A DNA stretch of 64,000 nucleotides, from assembly GCA_020353055.1 (NCBI GenBank), contig CP070686.1, positions 94,804 through 158,803 on the forward strand, read 5' to 3'. The notes under the pieces were generated by a model that was not told where the DNA came from, searched no databases, and worked only from the letters and a program-made list of their open reading frames with translations. Of the stretch, positions 49,221-59,266 are shown one piece after another. A program made the position numbers and the translations under genes. Every line of letters starts with the position of its first letter. Position 1 is the stretch's first letter. This stretch comes from a candidate division WOR-3 bacterium (GTDB lineage Bacteria; Hydrothermota; Tepidihabitantia; SM23-42).

Positions 49221-49604
49221 CTAATAGCGCTCTGACAAGCCCTGCGTCAAACGCCACGCCGGGGGCTCGGTAATCTCTCCCCAGTATTCGGTGATCTCGG
49301 ATATCAAATCTTCTCTGAACTTAAAAAAAGAAGTAGCATAGAAGCTTTCCTTTTCTTCTTTTGAATAAACGCGCACGATAGAAATTACCAATTCGTTTTT
49401 CGTGACGACGTCGATGACTTCAATATGCCATCTGCCCGGATAATACTTGTTCACGTCAATGAGTTTCTGACTCCCCTTGAACAACTCACGTGTGTTAGGC
49501 CAATAAACAGGACAGTCAGGGTGCAGCAAGGGTGCTACATCGTCGTAACGCGCCTCGTCAAAAATACGCCAGAAATCTCTAACCACCTTTTCATTTTTGT
49601 CCAT
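49221..49604 (-). CDS. SnoaL/NTF2-like domain protein
   Basis: About 127 aa. NTF2-like fold pattern (VRDFWRIFDE...YWGEI). Confidence 0.45.
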   Translation of the reverse strand: MDKNEKVVRDFWRIFDEARYDDVAPLLHPDCPVYWPNTRELFKGSQKLIDVNKYYPGRWHIEVIDVVTKNELVISIVRVYSKEEKESFYATSFFKFREDLISEITEYWGEITEPPAWRLTQGLSERY

Positions 49605-49610
49605 TGTATT

Positions 49611-50369
49611 TCACCGCACATAGCTGGCAGCATTTATGTCGATGCTGCAGCCCGTTGCATGGTCCATCAACCCGCTGGCGAGAAAGACTACGGTCGGTGC
49701 GACGTCTTCCGGTGTTGTCAATTCAACGAGCGATAGCTCTTTCATTATTGAAGCGCTCCCATGTTCCTTTATATACTCGTCAACTATCGGCGTCCTTACG
49801 AACCCCGGGGCAACGACAAAAGACTTAATGTTGTGCTTGCCATAAGCTCGCGCAATCGTCTTGCTCAGGGCGACCATACCTCCCTTGGATGCAGCATATG
49901 CAAAATAATCTTCATAATCCCCCCGGAATGCAGCCCTTGACGCTATATGGATGATCCGTCCTCCATCATGCTTCTTGAAATTATTGATCGCTTCACGACA
50001 CAGCACACCAGCGGCCGTTAGATTGATGGCAATCGTTCTGTTCCATGTTGCCAGCCATTCATCGATTTTCTCATCATTTGGCGACTTTATATAAACGCCT
50101 GCGTTATTGACCAGTACATCGACCCTCTCATATGCATCCAGAACATCGTTGAAGAGTTTCACCGCATTCTTGGGTTCTGACAGGTCGGCATGAAAGGATT
50201 TTGAATCGTTCCCGGCTTCCTCCATGAGTTTTTTTGCGTGTTCGGCGTTTTTGCTAAAGTGAATTGCGACCGTTGCTCCGCAGGCTGCCAGGTGGCGGAC
50301 AATTGATTCTCCGATACCGCCGGGCCCACCAGTCACTAAAGTGATTTTTCCAGTTAGGTCAATCTTCAC
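49611..50369 (-). CDS. SDR family oxidoreductase (FabG-like)
   Basis: TGGPGGIG Rossmann motif, NNAG, and the catalytic YxxxK (YAASKGG). Confidence 0.85.
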   Translation of the reverse strand: MKIDLTGKITLVTGGPGGIGESIVRHLAACGATVAIHFSKNAEHAKKLMEEAGNDSKSFHADLSEPKNAVKLFNDVLDAYERVDVLVNNAGVYIKSPNDEKIDEWLATWNRTIAINLTAAGVLCREAINNFKKHDGGRIIHIASRAAFRGDYEDYFAYAASKGGMVALSKTIARAYGKHNIKSFVVAPGFVRTPIVDEYIKEHGSASIMKELSLVELTTPEDVAPTVVFLASGLMDHATGCSIDINAASYVR

Positions 50370-50443
50370 TAACGTTCTCTTCCCTCAAAAGGAATTTCGA
50401 AAACCCCGCTGATACCACGTAACCAGTTAAAACCCATGTCCAT

Positions 50444-50659
50444 CTAACCGTCTTTCACCGACGGAGCCTTCTTACCAGTAACCTTGGCGAGTATGAAACC
50501 AATGGCGAAACCAATCACGAGCATCAATAAGATCAAGATGATTCGGGACATCAGCAGCCGCCAGAAGAGGAGTTGGATTGGTACCACCTCGGTGTTCTGA
50601 ACGATGAGTATCAACGCAATAATCGCGAGAATGACGATTATTATACTCTTCACTTTCAT
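50444..50659 (-). CDS. LapA/DUF1049-like small membrane protein
   Basis: AAGGAGG ribosome-binding site 5 nt upstream of the internal ATG. Two TM helices. Confidence 0.45.
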   Translation of the reverse strand: MKVKSIIIVILAIIALILIVQNTEVVPIQLLFWRLLMSRIILILLMLVIGFAIGFILAKVTGKKAPSVKDG

Positions 50660-50790
50660 GACTGCCTCCTTTTGTGAATCAAAGTGCAAGGTCAATGAAA
50701 CATGACAAGTTTATAGTGTATTATAAACAACAACGTGGAGATGTCAATCAATGGAAGATAAAATATCCAATGTAGCGGATGGCACTCCTT

Positions 50791-51273
50791 CTAATGCCGG
50801 GAGTGCACTAATGAATATACTGAACTGGCAATGAGCAGGATATAGCAAAACCCAATTGCCACGAGAATTGGGTTAGCCGGCGCCAACACACTGAGGAATT
50901 CACCCAATCCAGATGTGTATCTGCTTAGATCAGGAAAGGGCTTAAGAGGAAATTTCAACAGGAACGGCAACAGTACAAAACAGACGATGGCGGCCGTCAT
51001 GCCAAGAACCACCATTCGATACGCATACAGCCAAAAAGACCGCAAATCCTGAGCCTGGCGTAACGGCAAACGCGCCATTGTTTTATTTTCGATGAAGCCG
51101 GGTTCTAATTCAACTGCAAGTTCATCTTCGACTAGCAGTTCGATTATCATTTCCCGTTGACAAACCGTACAGGATTTCAAATGTAACTCCAATTCCCGTT
51201 TCTGCTCCTCCGTCAATTGACCCATACGATAATCGATTATCTTATCAACATATTCACATGAGTTCATTTTCAT
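50791..51273 (-). CDS. Zinc-finger anti-sigma factor (membrane-anchored)
   Basis: Overlaps the ECF sigma gene. HLKSCTVCQRE zinc-binding anti-sigma motif. C-terminal TM helices. Confidence 0.6.
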   Translation of the reverse strand: MKMNSCEYVDKIIDYRMGQLTEEQKRELELHLKSCTVCQREMIIELLVEDELAVELEPGFIENKTMARLPLRQAQDLRSFWLYAYRMVVLGMTAAIVCFVLLPFLLKFPLKPFPDLSRYTSGLGEFLSVLAPANPILVAIGFCYILLIASSVYSLVHSRH

Positions 51274-51799
51274 AACCCTCTAAATGCCTTCTTAATCGCT
51301 TCCTTGCCCGGTGAATACAAACCTTCACATTGCTTTCGGTCATCTTCATGACTTCAGCAACTTCCCGCAGGTTCAATCCTTGATAATAGGTGAGGGTCAA
51401 CAAAATCCGGTCCCGCTCTACCAGTTTTGCCAACGCATCCTGAATAACCACCCGCCTTCTGGTACTCTGATCCCATTGCCCGTGGAACTCCTTAACCTGG
51501 TCAAAGGATATTGTGGCATGAGACTTTGTTCTGCGATAGTAGTCACGCACAATATTCCGGGCAATCGTACAGATCCACGGGCGGAAATGTTCTCTGCTCT
51601 TGACCTTCTTGATATTCAGAAAAACCTTAATGAACGTCTCTTGTGTTAGGTCCTCACTGGTATGGTAATCGTTGGTCATGCGCATAATAATCGTAAACAC
51701 CAATCCCTTATGAATGGTGATGAGCCTCGTCATCGCCTGCTCATCACCATTCTGTGCGCTTCTTATCAAACATCCGATATCATCGATCTTCGAATCCAA
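51254..51799 (-). CDS. RNA polymerase sigma-70 factor, ECF subfamily
   Basis: Sigma-70 region 2 (DLTQETFIKVF) and region 4 (LREVAEVMKMTESNVKVCIHRARKRL). Confidence 0.85.
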   Translation of the reverse strand: MDSKIDDIGCLIRSAQNGDEQAMTRLITIHKGLVFTIIMRMTNDYHTSEDLTQETFIKVFLNIKKVKSREHFRPWICTIARNIVRDYYRRTKSHATISFDQVKEFHGQWDQSTRRRVVIQDALAKLVERDRILLTLTYYQGLNLREVAEVMKMTESNVKVCIHRARKRLRRHLEGYENELM

Positions 51800-51802
51800 A
51801 GA

Positions 51803-52180
51803 CTATTCTTTTTCTTTCTTCTTGGTTAGAGTATATGCAAGGACCAGCGAAAGTCCAAGCATGCTCACGAAGGCAGCAGATGCCATCATTCCACCCAAAG
51901 CCTCGGCCGGAAGAAAAACCCCCATTAGCGCCAGGCCCACGCCGATACCTATAGTAACGATACCACTCTTCACCAAACCCTTGCCATTCTTTACTCGCGG
52001 AACCTTTTCGGTGCCGAAGAGTTCTTTGACTTCGTCGGGGTTCTTGCCGAGTTCAAGTGCCTTGACCAGCGCATCATAGTGCTTCTTTCTCTTCATATAT
52101 TGAAACCAGATCGCGCCGAAGATGATGACGCCGACCACAAAGAAATTGAAGATCAATGCTATAGAACCAGCCCAATCCAT
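51803..52180 (-). CDS. Small membrane protein co-transcribed upstream of the ECF sigma gene
   Basis: Two TM regions. No recognisable motif. Confidence 0.4.
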   Translation of the reverse strand: MDWAGSIALIFNFFVVGVIIFGAIWFQYMKRKKHYDALVKALELGKNPDEVKELFGTEKVPRVKNGKGLVKSGIVTIGIGVGLALMGVFLPAEALGGMMASAAFVSMLGLSLVLAYTLTKKKEKE

Positions 52181-52312
52181 CGTGCCTCCTTTATGATTAC
52201 ACGCAACAAACCACCATTTGGTTACACCCCCGTTGGGGCAGGTTCCATCTGTCGACGAGAGTACACCTGCACTTCTGCACTTGCACCCTATAAAACAAAC
52301 GCTTTCCCACCA

Positions 52313-53209
52313 TCAAACCGTCGAGTGCTGATGAGCATCTACCACCTTTCTAATCGCCCTTATGTGCTCCGGCGTTGTGCCGCAGCAGCCGCCGATGATA
52401 CCTACACCCGCAGTCAGCAATTCTTTAGCCTTCTCCGCAATGAAATGCGGGGTCTCCGGATAGATGACTCTGCCGTCTTTCAGTTCAGGAATACCTGCAT
52501 TTGACTGGATAATGATCGGGCGCCGCGTGAACTTTTTGTACTCGCGTGCGATAGAGATCATGTTCTCAATACCGTTACCACAATTGGAACCCACGACATC
52601 CGCACCTGCGGCCTCAAGACCTCGGAGTGATTCCTCAATGGTCACGCCCATGATCGTATAGAAACCCCTGGGTATACGATTGAAAGTCATCGTCGCCATG
52701 ACCGGTATGGATTTGAATTCTTTTGCCGCTTTCACCGCGCACGCCGCTTCATTCAGGTCACTCATGGTCTCAATGCAAATCACATCTGCGCCAGCACTGA
52801 TAAGCGCGCCGATCTGTTCTCTGAACACTTCAAACATCTCTGCTGTCTCAACATCACCATATGGTTTAAGAAATTTTCCGGTAGGACCGCAGGAACCTGA
52901 AACATAAGCGCGGTCACCTACTACTTTCTTCACAGCCAGAACCGCATTCCTGTTTATCTGATCGACCTTACCTTCCAAAGAATATTGAGCTAATTTAAGA
53001 CGTGAGGCACCGAACGTATTGGTCTGGATGATTTGAGCACCCGCATCCAGATACTCGCGCGCGATTTCTTCCAGCACAGCAGGTTGTTCCAGATTGAACG
53101 ATTCGGGAGGTTTTCCTGACGCAAGCCCACGCTCCATTATCATCGTTCCAATGGCACCATCGGCAACCAATACCTCATTATCGGACAGGCGACCGAGCAA
53201 TGACTTCAT
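52313..53209 (-). CDS. Homocysteine S-methyltransferase domain protein (MetH Hcy-binding module as a stand-alone protein)
   Basis: C-terminal zinc ligands GGCCGTTPEH. Overall TIM-barrel S-methyltransferase pattern. Confidence 0.75.
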   Translation of the reverse strand: MKSLLGRLSDNEVLVADGAIGTMIMERGLASGKPPESFNLEQPAVLEEIAREYLDAGAQIIQTNTFGASRLKLAQYSLEGKVDQINRNAVLAVKKVVGDRAYVSGSCGPTGKFLKPYGDVETAEMFEVFREQIGALISAGADVICIETMSDLNEAACAVKAAKEFKSIPVMATMTFNRIPRGFYTIMGVTIEESLRGLEAAGADVVGSNCGNGIENMISIAREYKKFTRRPIIIQSNAGIPELKDGRVIYPETPHFIAEKAKELLTAGVGIIGGCCGTTPEHIRAIRKVVDAHQHSTV

Positions 53210-53210
53210 C

Positions 53211-53849
53211 TCAGGATCCGGAAACGAGTTTCTTTATACAATCCACCGCCTGCACGCTATCATAACCGTAAGCGTCGGCACCGATGTGCTCGGCGAACTC
53301 ACCGGATAGCGGGGCACCGCCAATGATCGTCTTTATTCTACCGTTCAGTCCTTTTTCCTTCAACTGTTCAATTACTTTTTTCATGACCGGCATGGTCGTA
53401 GTAAGCAATGCCGACATACCTATGATTTTCGCGTTCCGCTCGACCGCGGTGTCGATGAATTTGTTCGGCGCTACGTCATTGCCTAAATCAATAACCTCAA
53501 ACCCTGCACCTCTCAACATTATCGCAACCAGGTTCTTGCCGATATCGTGAATATCGCCCTGTACCGTACCAATGACCACGCGCCCACGCGACGGTACTTC
53601 ATCTTTGAGAAAAAGCGGTTTCAATATATCCATACCAACATGCATCGCCTTGGCCGCAAGTAATACTTCGGGCAAGAAGATCTCATGTTTCTTGTATCTA
53701 TCTCCGATCACATTCATACCGGCGATTAAACCGTTGTCCAGGATGTCTTTCGGTGCCAATTCGTTATCCAATGCCTGACGTAGAAGTTGACCGATCGTGT
53801 CACTATCGCCACGCTGCATCGCTACTGCAATTTGTTCCAATAGATCCAT
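53211..53849 (-). CDS. Corrinoid (cobalamin)-binding protein
   Basis: B12-binding DxHxxG motif (GDIHDIGKNLV), preceded by a helical cap domain. Confidence 0.75.
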   Translation of the reverse strand: MDLLEQIAVAMQRGDSDTIGQLLRQALDNELAPKDILDNGLIAGMNVIGDRYKKHEIFLPEVLLAAKAMHVGMDILKPLFLKDEVPSRGRVVIGTVQGDIHDIGKNLVAIMLRGAGFEVIDLGNDVAPNKFIDTAVERNAKIIGMSALLTTTMPVMKKVIEQLKEKGLNGRIKTIIGGAPLSGEFAEHIGADAYGYDSVQAVDCIKKLVSGS

Positions 53850-53850
53850 T

Positions 53851-54621
53851 TCACTCCCTTCGACGCTTTTTTGTTGATGCGGGCTGGGTACGCACATCCC
53901 CGGTACCGGACGACTGCCTGAGCCTGCTTATCCTCTCACGGCACGACCGTGTCTCACATTGGCTACAAAATGGATACGCATCCGTGAAAGAGTGTATCTC
54001 AGGGCTGCCAGTAATTAGTACGCCAGAAGCAGATTTCAACGGCTCCATGAGGTAACTTGCACGCAGTGTTATGCCGATCTGCTCGGGCTTAAGATATTCG
54101 AACAACCTCTTCTGCCCGCTGACATGCCAGCCACAATACCCCGGACTGTAGCGCATCACAAGAGCATTACCCCCGATTCCACCGCTACGCCTCAGGGTAT
54201 CGAGAAAGTATGTCTCTACCCTATCAGCCGTCTTTTCGACGCCAGCCGAGGCAACCGAATCCAGCATGCTGCCCAACGCAAAATCTTTGCCAAGAAAATA
54301 TTCGTTGATCCTGTCGTGCACTTCTTGACCTACGGTGACCGCAAAAAGAGCAAGCTTGTCTGCCTTATGAAAAACCTCGGCGACCGGCGTGTCCGGATCA
54401 TTTCGCCCTTCTCCTTTGTACACGAGCTGAAAATCATCTTTGCTGATATCCGATACTAGCCCGGTCGGATTTGCACACGCCATGAAAATTTTTGCCGCAT
54501 GTTCGAAAAGCGAAATAATATTGTCGGACACCTTGGCGCCAAAGGAAATGCCTTGTAGTGCGAATGAATCTTTCTGGCTCGGCGCTATTTCCTGCGCGGT
54601 GATTTCGATCACTTCCTTCAT
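53851..54621 (-). CDS. MetH activation (AdoMet-binding reactivation) domain-like protein
   Basis: RYSPGYCGW aligns to the RxAPGYPACP motif of the methionine synthase activation domain. Its ATG overlaps the upstream stop as ATGA. Confidence 0.5.
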   Translation of the reverse strand: MKEVIEITAQEIAPSQKDSFALQGISFGAKVSDNIISLFEHAAKIFMACANPTGLVSDISKDDFQLVYKGEGRNDPDTPVAEVFHKADKLALFAVTVGQEVHDRINEYFLGKDFALGSMLDSVASAGVEKTADRVETYFLDTLRRSGGIGGNALVMRYSPGYCGWHVSGQKRLFEYLKPEQIGITLRASYLMEPLKSASGVLITGSPEIHSFTDAYPFCSQCETRSCRERISRLRQSSGTGDVRTQPASTKKRRRE

Positions 54622-56105
54622 AAAGCGATTTCAGGCAACCTTTCCATACCACAGCGCTGCGCCTCTCGTAGCATTGTTTTTTTCAATTCCTTTTTCACAT
54701 CCTCGGAAAGACGCGGAGGTTCATATCTATTGAGCAATTTGCTCACTTCACGCCGTCCCCGCTCGAGCAGGGTCAAACTGCCCTCTTCCTGCCACCTCGT
54801 TCGATTTGCCCGGTCAATAATCGCACCAGGGAGACAAAGTTCTTCCCTGAGATACTTCTGCGTATGTTCCGAGATCAACAGATGCTTTTCTTTAAGCAAC
54901 TCTTCGAACCGAGGAAGAGCAGGAAAGTCTTCTTTCGGCTGTATGCCTCTAATCAACCGGAGTGCCATCCCACAGATCTCGTTGTCCAGAACGAGCTTTT
55001 CGAGACTTTGACAACTCTCGAAATCGAGCATGCCCGGTCCAGATATGTTATTTATACCGGCGAGTGCGGCCAGGGTCGCGCCCATCGAGGATTCGAGTCC
55101 TGCCTGCGCATCTAGCTGCTTGGCGTCGCTCAATGAGATATACGCCTGGGTAGGTATGTGGAGATATTTGCCGATTTCATTATAGGCGCAGTCGATCATC
55201 TGAGTGCCGATTGCCCCCATCGGCGTTGTTTCGTAACGGATGTCAAATATCGCCGGCGAACCGCCGTATAGCACAGGCGCACCGGGATTAGTGACCTGAC
55301 TTATCACCAACCCGCTGAGCGTCTCGGCCGTATGCTGCACCAAGGTACCTATGAGTGTCACCGGAGCCATGAATCCTGAAAGAGGCATTGAAATAAATTC
55401 AACAGGTATCGAAGATAAGGCACAGTCAACTACGTTCTGTGATGTTACGTCACTCCATTTCAACGGCGAGGTTGGGCAGCAAGAGAATATTGTGAGTGGC
55501 TTGGCAACCAATTCTTCGGCACTTCCCCGTACCACCATCTGAAGATCCCTCATGATGTTGAACGCCTCGATCGTGAAGGCTCCAGTCACGACCGGTTTCT
55601 CGCAATAGAGCAAACTAAGATAGAGCCGGTAACTATCAGAGATCCTTTCATGAACATCAGAGGGAATGAACGCGGTTGATTGCGACGCGATATTATCCAG
55701 AAGGCTCATCAGTTTGGCGTATTTGACATAATCAGCGGTCAACGGTTTCCTGATTTCTTGAGTTTTTCCGTCCAGTATATTCAACGCCGCGGAACCGGGT
55801 GTGAAATATACGTTATACCCCGAAAGATCGAGCGTCTCATCACCCATAACATCATACAGTTTGACAGAATCGGGTGTCGTTTTCAGTGCTTTGTCGATTA
55901 TGTCATTCGTGAACAACACGTGATTTTTGCTTTTGTCCACACTGGCGCCATGATCCTGTAGCATCGACAGGATGGCGTCGTTATGGATTTCGAACCCGAG
56001 TTTGCATAGAACATCACGAGCCTCGGACATGATCCTTTCGATAGTGGTATCGCTGAGGAATTTGAGAACCGGCCTTGGATTATTCAAATCTTCATTCTTT
56101 AACAT
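54618..56105 (-). CDS. MttB superfamily (non-pyrrolysine) substrate:corrinoid methyltransferase
   Basis: 495-aa uninterrupted ORF with MttB-family TIM-barrel conservation. No in-frame UAG. First gene of the corrinoid operon. Confidence 0.7.
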   Translation of the reverse strand: MLKNEDLNNPRPVLKFLSDTTIERIMSEARDVLCKLGFEIHNDAILSMLQDHGASVDKSKNHVLFTNDIIDKALKTTPDSVKLYDVMGDETLDLSGYNVYFTPGSAALNILDGKTQEIRKPLTADYVKYAKLMSLLDNIASQSTAFIPSDVHERISDSYRLYLSLLYCEKPVVTGAFTIEAFNIMRDLQMVVRGSAEELVAKPLTIFSCCPTSPLKWSDVTSQNVVDCALSSIPVEFISMPLSGFMAPVTLIGTLVQHTAETLSGLVISQVTNPGAPVLYGGSPAIFDIRYETTPMGAIGTQMIDCAYNEIGKYLHIPTQAYISLSDAKQLDAQAGLESSMGATLAALAGINNISGPGMLDFESCQSLEKLVLDNEICGMALRLIRGIQPKEDFPALPRFEELLKEKHLLISEHTQKYLREELCLPGAIIDRANRTRWQEEGSLTLLERGRREVSKLLNRYEPPRLSEDVKKELKKTMLREAQRCGMERLPEIAL

Positions 56106-56168
56106 GGCAAATCTTATTCAGATTACGCTGGATTTCAAGTGGGGAGACAGTTCTCCAATGCAAAACTG

Positions 56169-56585
56169 CTACTCGCCGATCAGTTTTATCAATACTCTCT
56201 TCTTGCGCTGACCGTCAAATTCACCGTAGAAAACCTGTTCCCACGGACCGAAATCCAACTTGCCGTCAGTAACAGCAACCACTACCCCGCGGCCCATGAA
56301 TTGCCTTTTTATATGAGCATCGGCGTTTGACTCACCGGTCAGGTTATGACGGTATCTTTTAGGGTCGTGCGGGATATTTCGCTCTAGCCATTGCAAGAAG
56401 TCATCATGCAGCCCTGCTTCATCGTCATTGATGAAGACGCTTGCCGTTATGTGCATGGCGTTCACGAGACAAAACCCATCGCTTATTCCACTTTCACGCA
56501 AGGCCAACTCGACCTCTGGCGTAATGTTGAGCAGTTCCACCCGCTTCCTTGTGTTGAACCATAATTCTTTTCTGTAGTTCTTCAT
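56169..56585 (-). CDS. yjbQ: YjbQ/UPF0047 family protein (secondary thiamine-phosphate synthase enzyme)
   Basis: [11 protein letters not shown] and the C-terminal LIKLIGE match YjbQ-family conservation. Confidence 0.75.
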   Translation of the reverse strand: MKNYRKELWFNTRKRVELLNITPEVELALRESGISDGFCLVNAMHITASVFINDDEAGLHDDFLQWLERNIPHDPKRYRHNLTGESNADAHIKRQFMGRGVVVAVTDGKLDFGPWEQVFYGEFDGQRKKRVLIKLIGE

Positions 56586-56590
56586 ATCCA

Positions 56591-56971
56591 CTACTCCCCG
56601 GTTTTCTGACACACATAAAACACGGAACCCTGATACTCGGGATTAGTCTTGAACTCATCGATCTCCCTTTGAACATTCTTCACTACGGAGAGAACGCTCG
56701 CGTTCTTCTTGCATCCGTGAAGGAGCCCGCCGATCCGCCGTTCAATACTTTGCTTTAGTTTATCCAACGCCGTCTGGTCGATGTCGACACCGACAACCCG
56801 CCCTTTGCTTAACCGTGCGAGTTCCAGTGTCACGACCCCGGTCCCGCAACCAATATCGAGGATATTGGGCCCATCTAATCTTGGGAGTATTCCAAAGGCC
56901 TTCCGCGTGAAAGGCAGCAAATTTGTTCTCAAACGATCGCGGTCTATCAAAGATGTTTCATCAGTACTCAT
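56591..56971 (-). CDS. Short class I SAM-dependent methyltransferase-like protein (possibly truncated)
   Basis: Motif [12 protein letters not shown]. Only 126 aa. Confidence 0.4.
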   Translation of the reverse strand: MSTDETSLIDRDRLRTNLLPFTRKAFGILPRLDGPNILDIGCGTGVVTLELARLSKGRVVGVDIDQTALDKLKQSIERRIGGLLHGCKKNASVLSVVKNVQREIDEFKTNPEYQGSVFYVCQKTGE

Positions 56972-57588
56972 AACGGGTCTTCTCGCAATTCACGTTTCTT
57001 GACTCGCCTGACTTCGGTGATTCTTACTGGTGTTTTCAACATCTGTCCATCAGCATCTCCCGCATGTATTTGGCGGACAACATCCATGCCTTCCACGACG
57101 CTGCCGAATGCCGCAAAACCCTCTCCGTCCGGATTTCGCTTGCCATTGAAATTCAATTCGGGCTGGTCGCCGATGCAAATGAAGAATTCTGAACTTGCCG
57201 TACCGGGAGATGCTCGGGCCATTGAAATAACGCCGTCTTCGTGTAATACGCCGGTTTTTTTCGTGCTTTCATGGTCAATCGGAGGCAACCTTAAATCACT
57301 CTCGACAAAACCCATGCCTCCCTGCACAACCTCGATCTTCACTGCATCATGGAGTTGATTATCCAACCTTACTACCCGGTAAAAAAAAGCATCACTAAAG
57401 CGGTTTTCATCAACATAACGCATGAAATTCTTTGCCGTCAATGGCGCCTTGTCTGAATATATTTCAACGATGATATCCCCTAATTCGGTCCGCATTAGAA
57501 CATAAGGATTGACCCGAATACGGGACTGGCAGGCCAGAAGCCCCACGGCAACAAGCAAAAAAGCCCTCCAACATCCATTTTTCTTCAT
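56968..57588 (-). CDS. ppiA: Cyclophilin-type peptidyl-prolyl cis-trans isomerase, lipoprotein
   Basis: Lipobox LLACQ. Cyclophilin motifs FYRVV...GFAAFG. Confidence 0.85.
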   Translation of the reverse strand: MKKNGCWRAFLLVAVGLLACQSRIRVNPYVLMRTELGDIIVEIYSDKAPLTAKNFMRYVDENRFSDAFFYRVVRLDNQLHDAVKIEVVQGGMGFVESDLRLPPIDHESTKKTGVLHEDGVISMARASPGTASSEFFICIGDQPELNFNGKRNPDGEGFAAFGSVVEGMDVVRQIHAGDADGQMLKTPVRITEVRRVKKRELREDPL

Positions 57589-57682
57589 TATTCTACCCTC
57601 ATTTAATCTCCAAGGTATTTTCCATTAGAAAACTCACTCCGCCATTATAAATGAAGCGCAGACACCCAGCCAGACGCGCATA

Positions 57683-58525
57683 CTACGCTATCCTGACCAG
57701 TACCAACCCGGCGACAACCATGAGTATGCCGAGCAATTTCCTGATGGACAGTGATTCCCGCAAGTATACTACACCCAGAATCGAACCGACTACAACGGAC
57801 AATTCTCTTACAGCCACCACATAGCTGACCTGAGCCATCCGGAAGACAAAAAGAATCAACAAATAACCTGCAGTTGCACCCAATCCTATGGCCATGCTGT
57901 ATTTCTTATGCTCCTTCCAGGCAGCAATCAGTTCGCGTCTTCGCACAATAAGCATGTATGGGGTCAGTAAGGCCATGCTAAATAGGATCATCCAGAATAT
58001 ATATATGACGGGATCGATCGCAGCCATCGCCAATTTGTCCACGACCGAGTAACCGATCATGGTAGATCCTACGAGAAAAGCGAACCACAACCCTCTTCGA
58101 CCCTCGATGCCTTTTTCCACACTGGCGCCGATTACAAATATGCCAAACCCAGCGCTGATGATACCACAGAGTCCTGTCAGAGAAACCTTTTCACTGAGCA
58201 CTGCAATCGCTACGATCGCCGTGCCGATGACACCGAAACCGCGAGCCACCGGGTACACGGTCGAAATGTTTCCGTACTTGTAGGCCCGCGATAGGGCAAC
58301 GAAGTAGAGAGCATGAATAACGCCCGTGACAATAACAAAAGGATACGCATGAGGCATAATCGTACCTGAAGCCCTCAAGAGAACGAAAGGCAATAAGACA
58401 ACGCATATGCCTGACATACCGAGATACAGAACGCTCAGATTCCCTGAAACCCTCTTGGCCGTAAAATTCCAAGCGGCATGTAGCAACGCCGACATGATTA
58501 CGAGTAAAAATGCTATGCCAGTCAT
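57683..58525 (-). CDS. EamA/DMT family transporter
   Basis: Ten TM helices and a duplicated EamA-domain pattern. Confidence 0.7.
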   Translation of the reverse strand: MTGIAFLLVIMSALLHAAWNFTAKRVSGNLSVLYLGMSGICVVLLPFVLLRASGTIMPHAYPFVIVTGVIHALYFVALSRAYKYGNISTVYPVARGFGVIGTAIVAIAVLSEKVSLTGLCGIISAGFGIFVIGASVEKGIEGRRGLWFAFLVGSTMIGYSVVDKLAMAAIDPVIYIFWMILFSMALLTPYMLIVRRRELIAAWKEHKKYSMAIGLGATAGYLLILFVFRMAQVSYVVAVRELSVVVGSILGVVYLRESLSIRKLLGILMVVAGLVLVRIA

Positions 58526-58561
58526 CTCGGTTTCGTGCTATTACTCATCTACGCTTGCAGG

Positions 58562-59266
58562 CTACCTTCTGCGCACGAAGTATTTGAGCATCACCCGTGA
58601 ATCATCAATGTTGTCCGTAATGAATGCAGTTTTTAGTAAAGATTCAAATGAATTTCTCTCTTTGTGAATAAGCGGTCTGCCATAATGCTCCTCCAGTCTG
58701 AACATCGTATCAACATAAGGATGTTCAAGATTCGCAATATCCACCACCATCTTCGCGTTCTGCTTTAGCGCACGGCATAACTCTTTTAAGGCATATGTTG
58801 TATACTCAAGTGTATAGTACTCCAGCACCCCGATCACCGTAGCAATATCGAAGTACTCATCCCCGAACGGTAAACTGGTAATATCTGTGTGGTATAAACC
58901 GCCGATCGAAATACGATGCTTTTCAACATAAGCCCGCATCGCACCGATCAGTGCCGGGCTGATGTCAACGCCGTAGTAAACAGAAGGCCAAACATGCAAA
59001 CGATAGTTCGCAAGGTTGGCGCAACAACCAGCATCGAGATAACACATCCCTTCTTTCGGGTCTAAATACTCTTTTATGTCAGGTGCCGCGCTACTACACC
59101 ATTCATCCTCAACAAGCTCATCGTAACCCGGTAATATCTTTATTTCCCCGGGAACAGAATCACGTGGCTCAATGCCAGCCGCAAACTGCGCAGCAGTTAG
59201 GTCATATGCTTTGCCAATCCGCAATAGTTGTTCGTTCATTGAGTGCTTCTGAACCGGGGAAACCAC
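58562..59266 (-). CDS. Class I SAM-dependent methyltransferase
   Basis: Motif I variant YLDAGCCANLANY. Motif II VDISPAL. Confidence 0.5.
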   Translation of the reverse strand: MVSPVQKHSMNEQLLRIGKAYDLTAAQFAAGIEPRDSVPGEIKILPGYDELVEDEWCSSAAPDIKEYLDPKEGMCYLDAGCCANLANYRLHVWPSVYYGVDISPALIGAMRAYVEKHRISIGGLYHTDITSLPFGDEYFDIATVIGVLEYYTLEYTTYALKELCRALKQNAKMVVDIANLEHPYVDTMFRLEEHYGRPLIHKERNSFESLLKTAFITDNIDDSRVMLKYFVRRR

